From NCBI GenBank assembly GCA_036172245.1, contig JAYWIR010000001.1, positions 6,262,001-6,326,000 on the forward strand: a stretch of 64,000 nucleotides of DNA. The letters run 5' to 3'. The stretch comes from Raillietiella orientalis (Eukaryota). The notes beneath the pieces are model-generated. The model was not told where the DNA came from, did no database searches, and saw nothing but the letters and a program-made list of their open reading frames with translations. Each line of letters begins with the position of its first letter. The stretch's first letter is position 1. This document shows, one piece after another, positions 13,048-26,800 of this stretch. Made by a program: the position numbers and the translations under genes.

Positions 13048-13947
13048 ATGTCTCAGAAGGAAGATGCTCTGAGGTTTGAAACAGAGCGCATCCGTGCTCT
13101 CCAGGAAGAAAGGCTGCACATACAAAAGAAGACGTTCACCAAATGGATGAATTCCTTTTTATCCAAGGTGAAGCATTTTCAGTATCAGATTTGATCATTT
13201 TCGAACCGGATGACTGTTTGCATGAACGCAGAACCGAGCGTGTGTTTCTCACTCAACGCGTGTTCCCTTCATCCCTGTCGCAGCATCTCAGTGCGAGTTG
13301 CGTAACTTCAGAAGAAGACTTTTTTTTTTTTTTTATCTTGTTTGCTCTCTTTTGGATTTGGTCAAGTGAGTTGCGTGTCTTGAAAGGAAACCTGCGAGTG
13401 CCCCACCCCCTCCCTGCCTTTCCCCTCAGAGGATGGAAAAATGCATCCACGGCAGGTTTGGTTCTCCCTCCCTGCTTTAATGTCTTCGCCCCTCACGCGT
13501 TCGGTCGTGTGCGTAGTTCAACCCGTTACTTGTTTACGTTGACGTTCAAGGTCAAGCGGACTCCTGCCGGCCACATTTCGAGACTGCCTGCAGCCCTGTT
13601 TTGCCAGAAATCAGATTTCACGACGTTCTCGCCCAGCCAAAAACGCGTCTTCCCCTTGCCGTGCGGAACCCGATTTTCTGTGCCGACCGTTAGCGGACCT
13701 CTCGCATTTCTTCCGCGATCGCGCATTCCGTAAGCAGCCCGAGACGAAATCAAAAAAGTTGTGCATCGCGTTTTTCCCTTGCATTTTGCAGCAGTCGTCA
13801 GGCTCCTTTTGCCTTCCCTTTCTTTTCCCAAAAAGGGCTTTCATTCGCAAACTTTTTTGTTTTATTACGGCACTACATTGATTGCAAGTTCACCTCGCCG
13901 AGTATCGTCGACTCCAAGAGCACCATAAAGTCTCAGTTGGGGGGTGG

Positions 13948-13979
<32 letters not shown>

Positions 13980-16900
13980 AATCCGAAATCAACCCGAATA
14001 TTTTGTAATACAAATTAATACAGCGCCCAGCAGGTTATTCTAGGGGAGGGGGATGGTATTTTCTGCATCTTCTGACGTGAGGAAGAGGCAGACCTCGCAG
14101 CGATGTTAAACACGCCTTAGACATCCGACCGGAGGAAAAAGATTTTCCAGCGGAAAGGGCAAAAAACAAGAATCCCAAGAACCACTCGTGTTCATGTGGC
14201 TGGTAGTTCGTTTCTTACAAGCGTCCATTGAGACCTGGAATCGGCTGTTCCTCCCTTTCCTTTGGCGTCAAGCACTCCAGTCCAGGGCGTGCATCTCTTA
14301 ATCTGCTTAATTCAAGGGGAATTCAAGTTGCATTCTACAAGCAGCTTTTTTCCTACCACCCTTCCGGTTCCTCGTGATGCGAGCTTTCAGATTTTCACTT
14401 TCCAGTGGAATTTTGACCCGAGCCTGCCACGAGAATTTGTCCAGGGTCGATTTCAGATGCATCAGTACAGTGGCTTCAGGGTACTCACAAGCCCGGTAGG
14501 AGCATGGTCAGCGTAAAAGTTCTGTGGTTAAGAAGGAAAGGAAAATACACAGAAAGTAAACGAGCGTATGGATGTATGCACAAAGATATTTTGGGTGTGG
14601 ACACGGTGCGCAGGCATGGATGTGTGCAGTGTTTCCTTGAATAACTTTGCGATATGCGCCTCGTATACAAAAGTGTCTTGCAGTAACACTTCCCTGCAGT
14701 GTGTCACACATCGTCGCGTTTCAACTCCTTGCCTCCTTTTGTGAAACGATTTTCCCTCGGATGAGCTACCTTGTGACCACCACCGAGTAGCGGGTGCCAT
14801 GGTTACACCTCGTGAAAGAAATGTAGCTCATGAAAGCAGTTCGCTACCTCGCAGCTGTTGCTTTCTAGCCGTTCTTACGAGATCTGCTCAGAATTTCCAG
14901 AGCCTGTCTCTCCTTAAAAAAAAAAGGGGGGGGAAAAAAAAACAATCTTACGGAAATCAAAGGTGAGGTTGTCAATGCGATTATGGAATGTGCGCTGCGA
15001 AGGATGAAGACCGTTTGCTGCTTGGATTCGTTGCTTTGCGAACTTGACCGTCGAACCAGCAGCCTTCGTGAACTTGGGCGCCATTGCTGGAGTGGATCCT
15101 TTTTGACTTGAAGAACGGGAGTCCCCGAAGGCATCGGAAAGCAAATGGATGGGGAAAACCCTTGTTTTCCCCATCCTACCTGTCACCGTGCTATGGTAGA
15201 AGTGCAGTGAAGTCCTTGGTCATGCCCTTCCAAATATTGAAAGTTTCTTCATGTCATGGCGCTCATGTTTCTTTGACACCTGTCACATGAGAGATGTTCT
15301 ATACTTGCCCACTTCCACGCAGCACTCCGTTTCCTTCTGTGCCGTCTTCCTCTCCACTGCCTCCAGCACAGTTTATCCAAAATTCGTAAGAGATCACGTA
15401 CCCGTTAGCTCGACGTACGTCCCGGGAAGCAGTGCACTATTCTAGATGTTCTAGGTATCTGTCAGGGCATCCATGTATCACCGTTTGTTAGCATACGGAG
15501 TTAAATTCTTCCTTTGTGATTTCCTAGCCTTTGTGTCCTGATTTTTGGTGATTTCTCACCCCAGTATTGAGTAAACGACCTGCCAGGAATTTTCTGCTAT
15601 TAAAAAAAAAAATTGGGAATCTCCTTGTGGCAAGTTTGCGTTCGCCTGTAGCGGTGGTGGTCCGATTTTCGGCTCTGGAATTCCCGAATTCATTTCTTCC
15701 TGTCAGCATGTGCTTTTTAATCCTCCGCATCTCAAGTAGGATTGCGCGCGCGCGCGCGTGGTTTTCTTTCTTTCTTTCCCATCCGTTGGCTGTCCTTTAC
15801 TTGCGCTGCTTGATTGTCCAGAGTCGAGAGTAAAAGTTCTCTCTTCAGATCCTTTGCAGATTACCATCTTGCTTGCTGAGGTCCACTTTTGTGCGAAAAG
15901 CTTCTTGTGCGAGGATCTGAAGGAGTAAATTGGCGAGCCCTAGTTCTGCGGCGGAGGCGGCGGTGGTGGTGGGCTGCAAGATTCCCCTCCGAAAAAACAG
16001 CATTTCTCGTTTCACGGTTGTGCTGAAGCAAGAATTTCGCTTTATGCCACAGTCTGCACCATTAATTTATGTAAGCAGTTGGCTTCATTGCCTTCCCAAA
16101 ATTGCATTCTGTCTTGAGGGACGAAGTGCCATTTTGCTTATTATTTATCTCTCAGAAAACGAGAGTACATTAATGGTTGTAAATTATCGATCCGAGTGGT
16201 AATCGGTTGGAAGCCATCTGCCTTCAAGATCTTCGTCTTGAGCTTGCGATTTTGGGACCTCAATTAGTGTGCATGATATCAGCGTTCCTCAAACTTCGCT
16301 TGTCTGTATCTTCGAGACAGGGAACAGCATTGTGAGGCAGAGCATCTTTGTCAAGACAAAGCAGCTCCACCCAGCTAACGAGAAGTTGAACGTTTTCTCC
16401 GCGTTGAATTTCCTGGAACACCTTCGCTTTCAAATCGATGCCCTTGTGATCATCTTTTCCAGTAACCACTCTTTCGCAGAACTGCGTGGCCTCCAGCACG
16501 CACGTGCTTGGTCTCTATTCCCTTGTTCTGGGAAAAACCTCAAGAACTGAACGGGATCACTTTGCTCTCCGTAGTGGCTCCCTCAAGATGCCTTGATGTA
16601 CAAAGTTTGTTCAAGGTTGCTGGTTGTGCTCGATGGACACCCATGCTCAGCAGTGTTCATCACGCTTCCGTGGTCTAGCAATGATGCGAGTCCAATCAGC
16701 TCGAGTACGTGAATCATGTTAGCATATGGTTTCCTCCTCTGTCTTTTAAATCGGCCGTTCACATATTAGTATGTTGGAACGGCGACTTGATGTTGAGTGG
16801 CCGCTTCCGTCGAGGCGGTAGACAGTCTTCTGCAGCCCGGTCTGCTAGAATGCTGCCATTATCTGTGGATCACTTGCCGCCATGGCATCATTTGAGTCTT

Positions 16901-19900
16901 TGTTGCATTCTTTCCACAAGTTCGCAGTTTAGGCTACGAGCTCCTTCTGCCACAAGGAAATCACCTGGCCTTTCTCGCTGCCGCAAGAAGCCAGCGAGAA
17001 AGACTGCCTCCACAGTTTCCACGAAGAAACCCCAGCTCACCCGTTCGTGTGTTCAGGAGAAATGTCATATTCCTCCGTTTCTTCCTATTCTGTGTTGGAG
17101 CTCTGAATTCTCCTTCCTTTCCCACGGCCCCTTTCCGTTTCTTCTTATCTGACTCGAACGCGAGCCCACTCTGGCGCTGCCGACTTGGAGGGTGAGCAGG
17201 GTATGAACCAAAATCTTGACCTTCCGAGCCTTATAGCACGCTGTCGTTTATCGAGCCCAGTCGATCAGCTACATTTGCGCAGTCTGGACGGTCAATCCTG
17301 ACTTATTCAAGCTGCGTAACCACGACTGACCCCAGACGGACAGGTTCGTCCTATCAGAACGGATCATCGGATGCCGTATTTGGGGGGGGGGGGGGAATCA
17401 CCTTCGGGTTTCCATATTGCAACGCCCCCGTCAAAATTTAGTCGCCCCTAAAGACGGGACTCCGTGAACATGCATCCACTTCGAGTGTGTCCCTTGGATG
17501 GTTCCGAGTTCTCCTTTCCACCATGACCGTTGCGCATTTCAGGAGCCTAACAAGATTTTCGTATATATACGACCGAAGCGTGTACGTGTAAGATGAAACG
17601 GAAGGTTCGTAGCAATTTCGCTTGAGATGAAGAAAGGAACGGCAGATGGCGAAGGGGCACCACCAAAATTTCATAGTGCCCCAGTTTAAATGACTTTGCC
17701 CCGGCACCGCACCTGCTTTGCTCCTGTACTGCCCTTTGTGTACGCGTGACCTTTTATTGCGCATGCGGCTGTTATACGTTCCATTGCGTTGTTGTTGCCA
17801 CGCGCTTCTGCGGGAAGATGGAAAGGGAAACATCCCTGTTCGTCTCGTGGGACTACAGGGTTTTGCTCACTTCCTGTATTTGCCGAGGAGTCGTCGTGTT
17901 GTTTCATCTGTTGCCTTTTTCGTTCACCTTTTCCGTCTGCCTTTGCCAATGCAAGGCGGATCTTCCACGAGTCGTTTGCTTTCCATCGCCTTGCTGGTCG
18001 ACTCACTCGAAGATTTCCCTTTCGCACCTGCCCTCGGGAGGGCATAGGCTTTGAATGAATGAGGAGTGGACCCTGATCTTGTTTTTTTTTTGGCGATTAC
18101 GCGAAGTGCATTCCCCTCTCTCACCCCACCTCACTCCCCCGTGTTGATACTGCGTGTTTCATAAACATATATTAGCCAGCAACCTCCGGAAAGGATTCAT
18201 TCCATAGTCCTGCTTGTCATCTACTGCGTAGAAACCAACCTGCTCGTTGCAGATGACTGTTTTGTGCATCTGGGGGGAGGGGGCAGTGGAATCTTTCCGC
18301 AAACTTTCACTTGCTGATGATTTCTGCAGCTTCCTTAGCCTTTTGGTCTCGGGATTATTTCTTAGTATTATCCTCTGTTTCCTAGATTGCAATACTGTTT
18401 TTCAGGTGGTGCAAGAATTTCTTTTTTCGGTTGAAAAGAAAAGAAAAACTATGTTCGCCAGGAAAATTGAAACCCCTTAAAATTACATGCGTATTGAAAG
18501 GATAACTTACGTTTTAACATACTTATTTTTCAGGTCCGCATGGAGGTGGATGATTTGTTTGTAGACTTAGCTGATGGGAGAAAATTACTGAAATTATTAG
18601 AGATTATTTCTGGGGAGAAATTAGGAAAGCCAACCCATGGGAGAATGCGATTTCACAAAATTGAGAATGTAAATAAAAGCCTGGGATTTCTTCGGACGAA
18701 GGTCAGTACTCTTGTAAAGCATAGTAGTCTTCCTGCTGTGTTTCTATGTTTTCTCGTTATTGTACTCCAAGATTTCTGTAATCTTTGAAAGCGTTTGATG
18801 CATTTTTTTTTTCTTTTTTCCTTTTAGGTACACTTGGAAAGCATTGGCGCTGAAGACATAGTAGATGGAAATCCTCGACTTATTCTAGGATTAATTTGGA
18901 CCATCATTCTGAGATTCCAAATACAGGAAATCGAAATCGATGTGGTAATACAGTTCTTCCCCAGCAGATTACATGCACTGCTTCCAATGTGTACACACAT
19001 TTGTTTATAGGACCGCGTTCTGGCATCTAATTGGTGTAACACCAAGTGTTTTTCCTTATCCTTTTGAGTGACGTCGCTTTCTTTCAGTGAGTGTCCGAGA
19101 ACGTAAAAGGATTTCCATACATTTTGTTTACCCTTTCGTTTATGTACGATATGGGCTGGTAGATGCAAAGTTTCTTGATCTGCCTTTTAGGAGGGAAAGC
19201 TGATACCATTGGTAGGGTCTGCGCTTGAAACATGCGTGCATAAAAATGCATTCCCTGACTGCGCCCTGAATACAAACATTTCTATGTTGGTGACTCTGGT
19301 ACTCAGGGATGGATGAAATGCTTAGTTTACGTACTTTAAACCGTTTTTTTTTTTATATCCATAATAACATTACCATTCTATTCTTCCTTATCAGCAGTTT
19401 CTCTTGTGCATGCGCGCGTGCATTTGTTTGATTTCTAAATTAGAACAATCTCTAATATATGACTTTCAAATGGGTGTGTGTGCAGTTAAAAAACAAACGC
19501 ACAAATCGAGATCACCTCGGTATGTAAGAACATACGTGTGTTTGGTGAATGTATGCCGAAGCTCGCCTGACGGAAGCGGAATTACGGACCCGAGCTTGGG
19601 CGAAGATGTGAAGTCGGCGCAGAAACCACGGGCAACCGACTCGGAAGAGAAACGAGTGGACATGCTGGCTGCCGAAGGTTCTGTCCCGCATGCAAATCAC
19701 CGATTAGCTCGTGCACGTGAGAAGTTGAGGGAGGAAGAAAGGGAGAACCCGTGGAAAAGTACGTGACACAAGTGGGAGTGGAAGTCGATTTCAACCTTTT
19801 CGTGGACGATTCCGAACGGCGTGTGCTGCTTACGAAGGAAAGCTGCGAACTGGAGTGGCCGCAAACCTCGGACTGTTAACGAATTGCAGTTGCTTCCGGC

Positions 19901-20767
19901 GAATTTCTTACAGTAAAACGTCAATTCAGCAGTAGGTTTCCATCCCAAAGAACCAGAGGTGCATGCGGTCGTGAACGAGTGCCTGACCACGTTCGTACTC
20001 TTCTCTGGAAACGGATGGATCCGATTCGTACTGATTTCTGGTTGGAACCTTGGAAAGCCTTCTAAATGAAAAAAACAACAACAGCCAGTTGCAACAGCAA
20101 GCATTAATCAATGTAACGCTTATGTTAGAGCAGTAGCTGAAGAAAAAATTACCATTACAGATTTTAGATTCATGATTTTCTTTTATCTTTGTATTCTCAG
20201 ATAAATACGAAGGATAGATTTGAGGAGCGCGAAAACTTTGGCGGTTGTGTTTACAGACTTCACGGAAGGAAAACAAATCTTAAAGGAGAAAGCAACAAGA
20301 GAATAATGAGAAAGTGCGTACCCAAACCGAGGGCTATTGCCGAGGTGTTCGGAACTAATCAAGAAAGATTGGTGGAAAAGGTTCCCATGGAGAATCGAAG
20401 AGATTCTTAGCGTGGCACGGTCGAACCGAAATTCTCACTACCAGGCTGTCACATCTTGCCGTACCAAGAATTCCCAGTCCACGTCCTGAACTTTTCTTCC
20501 GGGACAGTTGATTGGAACAGTTCCTTTGTAAAAAATGACTTGCATTGCCTCACGATGATCGCAAGCAGCGCTTCCTTGCATTTTATGCGATCGTTTTAAG
20601 TAAGGAGCAGCAAGATCCATCGTTTGAAGAAAAAAACAAAACAAAAATACAAGCACACATTTCGTATCTTTTTTACAAAGATTCGTTGAATATTTAATTA
20701 ATTCGAAAGAAGTGAGTTATTCCATTTTCCATAGTGGAACAAGCCAGTTTTTAATCCAGGAATGTGG

Positions 20768-20811
<44 letters not shown>

Positions 20812-23800
20812 TGTGTGTATGTACAGACGTTGCAGACGTCTTTGAGTGAGTCGCCTCATTTTTCGTTGATGCTTCTTTCGTTGGGCTCAGGTGGTGTCAT
20901 CTCCGTTGCAAGCGTTCTGAGAATGAAACGTTTCCATGATGATGATTTCGAAACCCAGCGCTCATCCTTTCAAATCCCTCACAAGGATGCTGAACGTTTT
21001 TCGGGCAAATCCCATTTCGCGCTTCCCGGAGAATTTTGTTTAAGAGTTTTTGCGTGAGGTCAGGGCTTCCTGTTGGTACATGGGTTTGATCCTGACGGAA
21101 CGGAAATTCATCTTGAAATCTATATTCCGTCTGGTGAAGAATTCATTTGTTCTGGCAAAACCGTTGGATCTTCTGAGGTTCCATTCTGTTGTCTTCCGCT
21201 TGGCTTGCACCTACTGATGCATTTGTTCTGCACATGCGTCACAGGGCAGCCAGCCGCCGAACGTTCCATTAAATTGCAGCGCAGCAAGAGAACCCCCCCG
21301 TGTGGGAAGCAAAGGGAGAGCAAACCTTAATACGTCCATCCGCTGAGGCAATTGTTTAATAAGCTCTGGCTCAGCTAGAGGATTGCACCAAGCTGCTTGG
21401 ATGGAACAAGGGAAGGTGGCAACATTGGAAACCAGAAAAAGCAACACCAGACGGGTTTGCAGCAACGTTTGGGATCTGTGGAGTGGCAGCAAAGTATCAT
21501 CTGGGGAAGTCTGCGGGAGGAAATCTCATGCGGAACCAGTGGTTGCGTTTTGGACAACGTTCGACAGGGAAATGACAAGGACCCGTTCTCTTCCCCGTTC
21601 AGTGCAGCTGCAAGAGGAGTGCCTCACCAAAGAGTCGTCTTGTTTAAAGAATCGGCAGCTTCTTTTGTAGCAAGTGGATCTGGGCCAGGAAGGTTTAGAA
21701 TCCGAATCATCATTCTGATCTTTCAAGGAACATCTCATTAGTTCCCAAATAGAGACGTTGAAATACACACAAAGGGTGTTTTCGTATAGCGAAAGATGCA
21801 TCAGAAACCCACGACTGAAGCTGCATCCCAGGATTGGATTCTGGATAGCTGTCTCCGATAGAGGCTTTCGAAACCTTGATCCCAAGCTGTTCCATCGGAA
21901 AGAGTTTCGATGCTGACCAGACTTCCGAGAGGCACCTGGTTCAGGTTGCCACAGTTTTGTGTGTGTGTGTGGTATCTTTCGTCGCGCGCTGCTCGTTTAC
22001 ACGAGTCCATTAGTGGACGAATCAGTGCCTTTGTGTCGACTTGAGATTTGGAGATTATTCGCGCGGAAGCTGGAAAACATCGGGAATTTTTGCAAGAATG
22101 GTTTGAGGAATCAGAATACGCACAAAGAGTCTCCCAGCATATCGCAGGTCACAGAGAGAGGGAGTGAGAAGTATTGGATGGGAAAAACACATATGTGTGT
22201 ATCGATGATGATCGAAATCCCGAATGATCTTAAACATAAATACATGTGTTTGTTATATGTATTAATATACAAATTTGTGTATAGATTAATGTGTATCATG
22301 AGGATTATGAAAAATGAATATATATGCCTTTCATCGTATGTTTATAAATAGATAAATGTACAAATTTGTATGAACATGCATATTTATTAATATTATTAAT
22401 AATATGTATTAATGCATACACTGATGATAAAAAGGAAACATATATATTTATCGAAGGATCCAAATCTCGAAAGTAGAATTCCTCACTTCCTGAGGAAGTT
22501 CCATTTGTTGAGACAGGAAAACCAAATACAAAATTTCTTTTTCCTTTTTCTAATTTGTTTGCTTTTTCATCCCCCCCAATATTTTCGTCACAATTATTTT
22601 TGTTCTTTTTTTTGATTCGATAGATACACATTCATTTAATATATCTATCTGTTATATTTATGAACATATATCTATGTGCACAATAAAATATATGTTTTTT
22701 TATAATCATCACTATACATATTTACAATTCATATCCATACATGATATTAATTATATTAATAAGTATGTATGTTAATCTATATATTAATGTATATATCAAT
22801 GTACATATTAATACATATACTAAAGCAAATGTATTTCATTTTTACGATCTTTTGGCATTTTGAACCAAACCTGTGTTTGTGTGTGTGGAATGAAGCGAAG
22901 GATCGTTTCCAATTAAAAAAAGTCCCTTTCAAGAGGCCAAACCAGAAAACTCTCTTGTGAGGCACCTGAGGATCGTCCGAGATTCCGGAACTTCCGGAAC
23001 TCCGGCTTTTCGGACCAAAAGTGTCCTCGGAGCTTTCTCAGACAAAACCACATATCGGCTGAAAGGTTCACGTATCCTCCCAGGGTCTGCATTCACAAGA
23101 TGGGAAACGGTGGTCTCCCATGCCTGAAAGGGGGTGATCTCTCGTTTTATTGATCCCGAACGTGCCGTGGCTCGGATACGGCGTTCGGACCACCCATCTT
23201 TTGCGTGTGGCGTTCGGGGGTATCGTGGGGGCACCGATTTCAAGGCGGACTGGTCTTGAGGATTCGTCGCTGCTCGTGGCCTGAGGAAACGTCGTCTCTG
23301 AACCGTTCGCTTTTCGTGTGCAAAGTTTTACACGACGAACGCGATGGAAAGACTCGATTATCACATGTGTTTTTCATGCATGCACTCAACTTGGAGGTTG
23401 GCGGGCAGGGAATCGACTTCCAGCGCAGTTTAAAACGCTCCCTGATATCAAACAGCGTGCGTTTGAGTGTAATGTCTACGAAAAAAAAATCTCGTCGTAA
23501 AGAATATTCGATGACGCCGAAAGCAGTGCGACTCCTAATGTTCTGTTTGGCACTCCCATGTTAGAATGAGGAAGATGAAACCAGTGAGAGAAAATCTGCG
23601 AAGGAGGCCTTGCTGTTGTGGTGCCAAAGGAAAACCAATAATTATCCATTTATCAACATACAGGATTTCACTCGTAAGCTTTTTTTGTTTGTTTGTTTGT
23701 TCGAGCTTATTCCAACGTTCTGGTCAGAATCGTGGAGGGATGGCTTGGGATTTAATGCTCTTATCCACTCCCATCGTCCAGACCTAGTTGATTTTGGTCA

Positions 23801-26800
23801 GTTGCATCCTGGAAACCATACTGCCAATCTCAACAACGCCTTCAATGTCGCCGAAGTCCATCTTAACATCGCTAAGCTTCTGGACCCCGAAGGTCGGTTG
23901 GGATATTCGCAAGTTTTCCCAGTAGCTCACTTCTTCGTAGATGTGGATACGAACAAGCCGGACGAAAAGTCGATCATGACCTACGTCGCATCGTATTACC
24001 ACACGTTCGCCAAGCTCAAGAATGAAATGAAGGGAGGCCGCAGGATTGCCAAGGCATAGAAAACGTTATTTTAAAGGTTTCTTTGGATGTATCATACTTT
24101 TCCAGATCGTCTCCCAGATGATGGAAATCGACAAGCAGAAGGAAGCATATGAGAGCCAAATTGCGAAACTCTTGGAATGGATCTCGCAGACGATAATACG
24201 TCTCAATCGCAGAGATTTTGGCAACACGCAGGAAAGCATTCAGAAGGATATGTCGGATTTCAAAAAGTATTTGTTGTCGGAAAAACCGCCAAAGTGAGGA
24301 CTGCCTCCATTCAACTCCAGGTTCATTTCCCCTGCTTTGCAGATTCGTGGAGCGCAACGAAGTAGAAGCTTTATATTTTGCTATTAACACTCAGCTAAAA
24401 TCCATGAAGCAGCTGTCCTATAACGTCCCAGTGGGATTAACAGTGCACGATCTGGAACGGGCCTGGGATTTATTAGAAAATGCTGAATACAGACGAGAAA
24501 AGGCACTTCAAGAATGGCTCATTGAGCAAGAACGTCTTAAACAGCTCGCTGATAAATTCGAGCGTAAGGTGGGTGGTTGTGTTTCCTGTGGACGCTGGTA
24601 AACACGAGCTCAGGCTAGCCTCAGGGAAGCATACCTGGACGAAATGATTCTTATCCTGAATGGTCAAAGGAAAAACATCCTTTTGACTCAAATAGACGCT
24701 GCTATCAAAAAGCAAGAAGCCCTGAGCGCTGACATCTTGGCCCGGGTAAGTGAAAGGGCGCTTTACGTCACTGCATTCCCGGCTGCTTTCAGAAATGCAG
24801 GTTCCAGAATTTGGAAGCCATGTCTAGCGAACTGACGAGGAGAAATTATTACGCCAAAAACGAGATCGTTGTGAGGTGAGCACACGTTTCTTCAGACGAA
24901 GCGGAGTGGTCCACATTCTGCTTCTCAGGATGGGAACCATAATAAGCGGCTGGAAACATGTGCTGGAGTTGCTTGAACAAAACAGGAGAACACTAATTGC
25001 CTACAGTACCTTGATGGACATCTTACGAGACGTCGAGACGACGACGACCAGCATCCATGAATTCGAGGTTATCAGTTTCCTCAGAATGCGATTTCGTTTG
25101 ATTCAGATTTGTTGTTTCCTTTGTAATCCAAGTTTGGCGTTGGAATGAAAATGCAATTCAAATTTGTTTAGGACGTGCTGAGGAACGAAACCAACGGGAA
25201 ACACTTGCTGGACGTCGAAGATCGGCTGCAGAAATACAATCTGGTCTGTTCCCAAATCGGGGCAGTCGGCGACTCCGTCCAAAGATTTAATAAACAGACT
25301 CAGCAGCTTGTCGACGGAGGGTTCGAGGATGCGGTCATCTTGCAGAAGCGGGTGGAAAAGCTGAACTCGGAGTACAAGCGGTACGCTGACGAACCCCCGA
25401 ACGACGCGCTCCAGGCGCCGTTTCAGCTTGATTCTCCAAGGAAACATCCGCAAAATGAAACTGGAAAACGCTAGGAATTATTTCCAGTTTATTCAGGATT
25501 ATGAAGGTGAAGAGTCCTGGATAATAGAGAAGCAAAGGATCTGCGAAGCTGGTTTCCAAGTGAAAGATCTGCGGGCACTGCAAACCATGCAGCAGAAGCA
25601 TAGAGTAGGATGCCTTGGAATGAGGAACAGGCGAGAATCCGCAGCTTTCCAGATATTAAGGGATGAAGTGCACGCAAGGCATCATCACTACGAAAAATTA
25701 TTGAACGAAGGTGCGGCCATGATGGCAGACAGCCACCCCGAAAGCCAGGAGATCAAAGTCCGTATTAGTAAGATCAAGGGTCACTGGGATTTGCTGGAGA
25801 GCCACTTGAAGTTACGGCAACAGCAGCTAGTAGATTTGTTGGAAATTTACCAGGTGACTTTGATTGCAAGTGGAGCACCCTTGATGGGCCGGGTAGTTTT
25901 TCGGTGAGGCAAACGAAGCAGATTCTTGGATCAAGGAGAAGCTCCCCCTCGTGTCATCTACGGATTTCGGAAATGACGAGCCATCTTCACAGTCACAGCT
26001 CCAGCGTCACAGGGATCTGATCGAAGAAATCAAAACTTATAAAATCGACGTACAACAGCTTTCCGATCAGGCCCATCGTTTATTGGAAGCTGACGTCGAT
26101 CATCTAGGGGTCAGTTGCAGCTCAGGGATTCGTGGTGACGCTCTCTCTCTGTTTCTTTTCCTTTTTTCCCCTTTAAAGGTGATCATAGACGACCGAGACA
26201 GCGGTAAATACATTCAGGTAACACGACTTTTCGCCCAAGATGACACGGAAGAAAGCAGTGGCAGAAATTCTCCGTTTCCAAGACAAGCGAGAGCGCTGTA
26301 TGACTTCAATGGGAAACAGATGAATGTTGTGAAAGGCGAGGTAAGGATCCTCGGCTGATGTGTTCCGATGAGATGATGTGACTCTCGTTAGGTTTTGATG
26401 TTGCTGAAGCAGATAAACAAAGATTGGTGGTTTGCGCGCAAGTCGAATGGGAAAGAAGGTTTTGTTCCCGTCAGCCATCTGCAAGAAGCTGAACCCAAAC
26501 CGAAAACCCAGGAAGTTCGTGCAGGTAGTAAACTGCAGTGAAGACAGGAATCTTTTCTGAAAGCGAGTCGATAGAACTCTGGATTAACTCGAAGCGGTTT
26601 CTCTCTTGAAAAAATTCGAAAGGATTTGTGATGTTCCCAGCAATCTGAATGGCACAAATCTTGGTCGAAAGCGAACTCATCCCTTTTGGCGCCCGCGCAT
26701 CTTGCCTAGTTTTTTTTTTTTTTTTTTTAAAAAAACAAAAAAAAATTCTCCTTAACGTGAAGCTTTATGAGCAGCCTGTGAGGGCTTCGACTTTAGTATT

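Noticed and set aside
17170..17275. Minus-strand A/B-box-like motifs (tRNA-derived SINE?)
   Set aside because: Too degenerate, no cloverleaf, and no second copy seen in the window
19560..19766. Purine-rich ORF ending in a GTACGT donor, as a possible CH1-less first exon
   Set aside because: The phase-1 donor is incompatible with the phase-0 exon at 23565
26218..26282. CAG|GTAACA donor-like site before the SH3
   Set aside because: Nearby acceptors give a too-short or frameshifting intron, and the frame reads through
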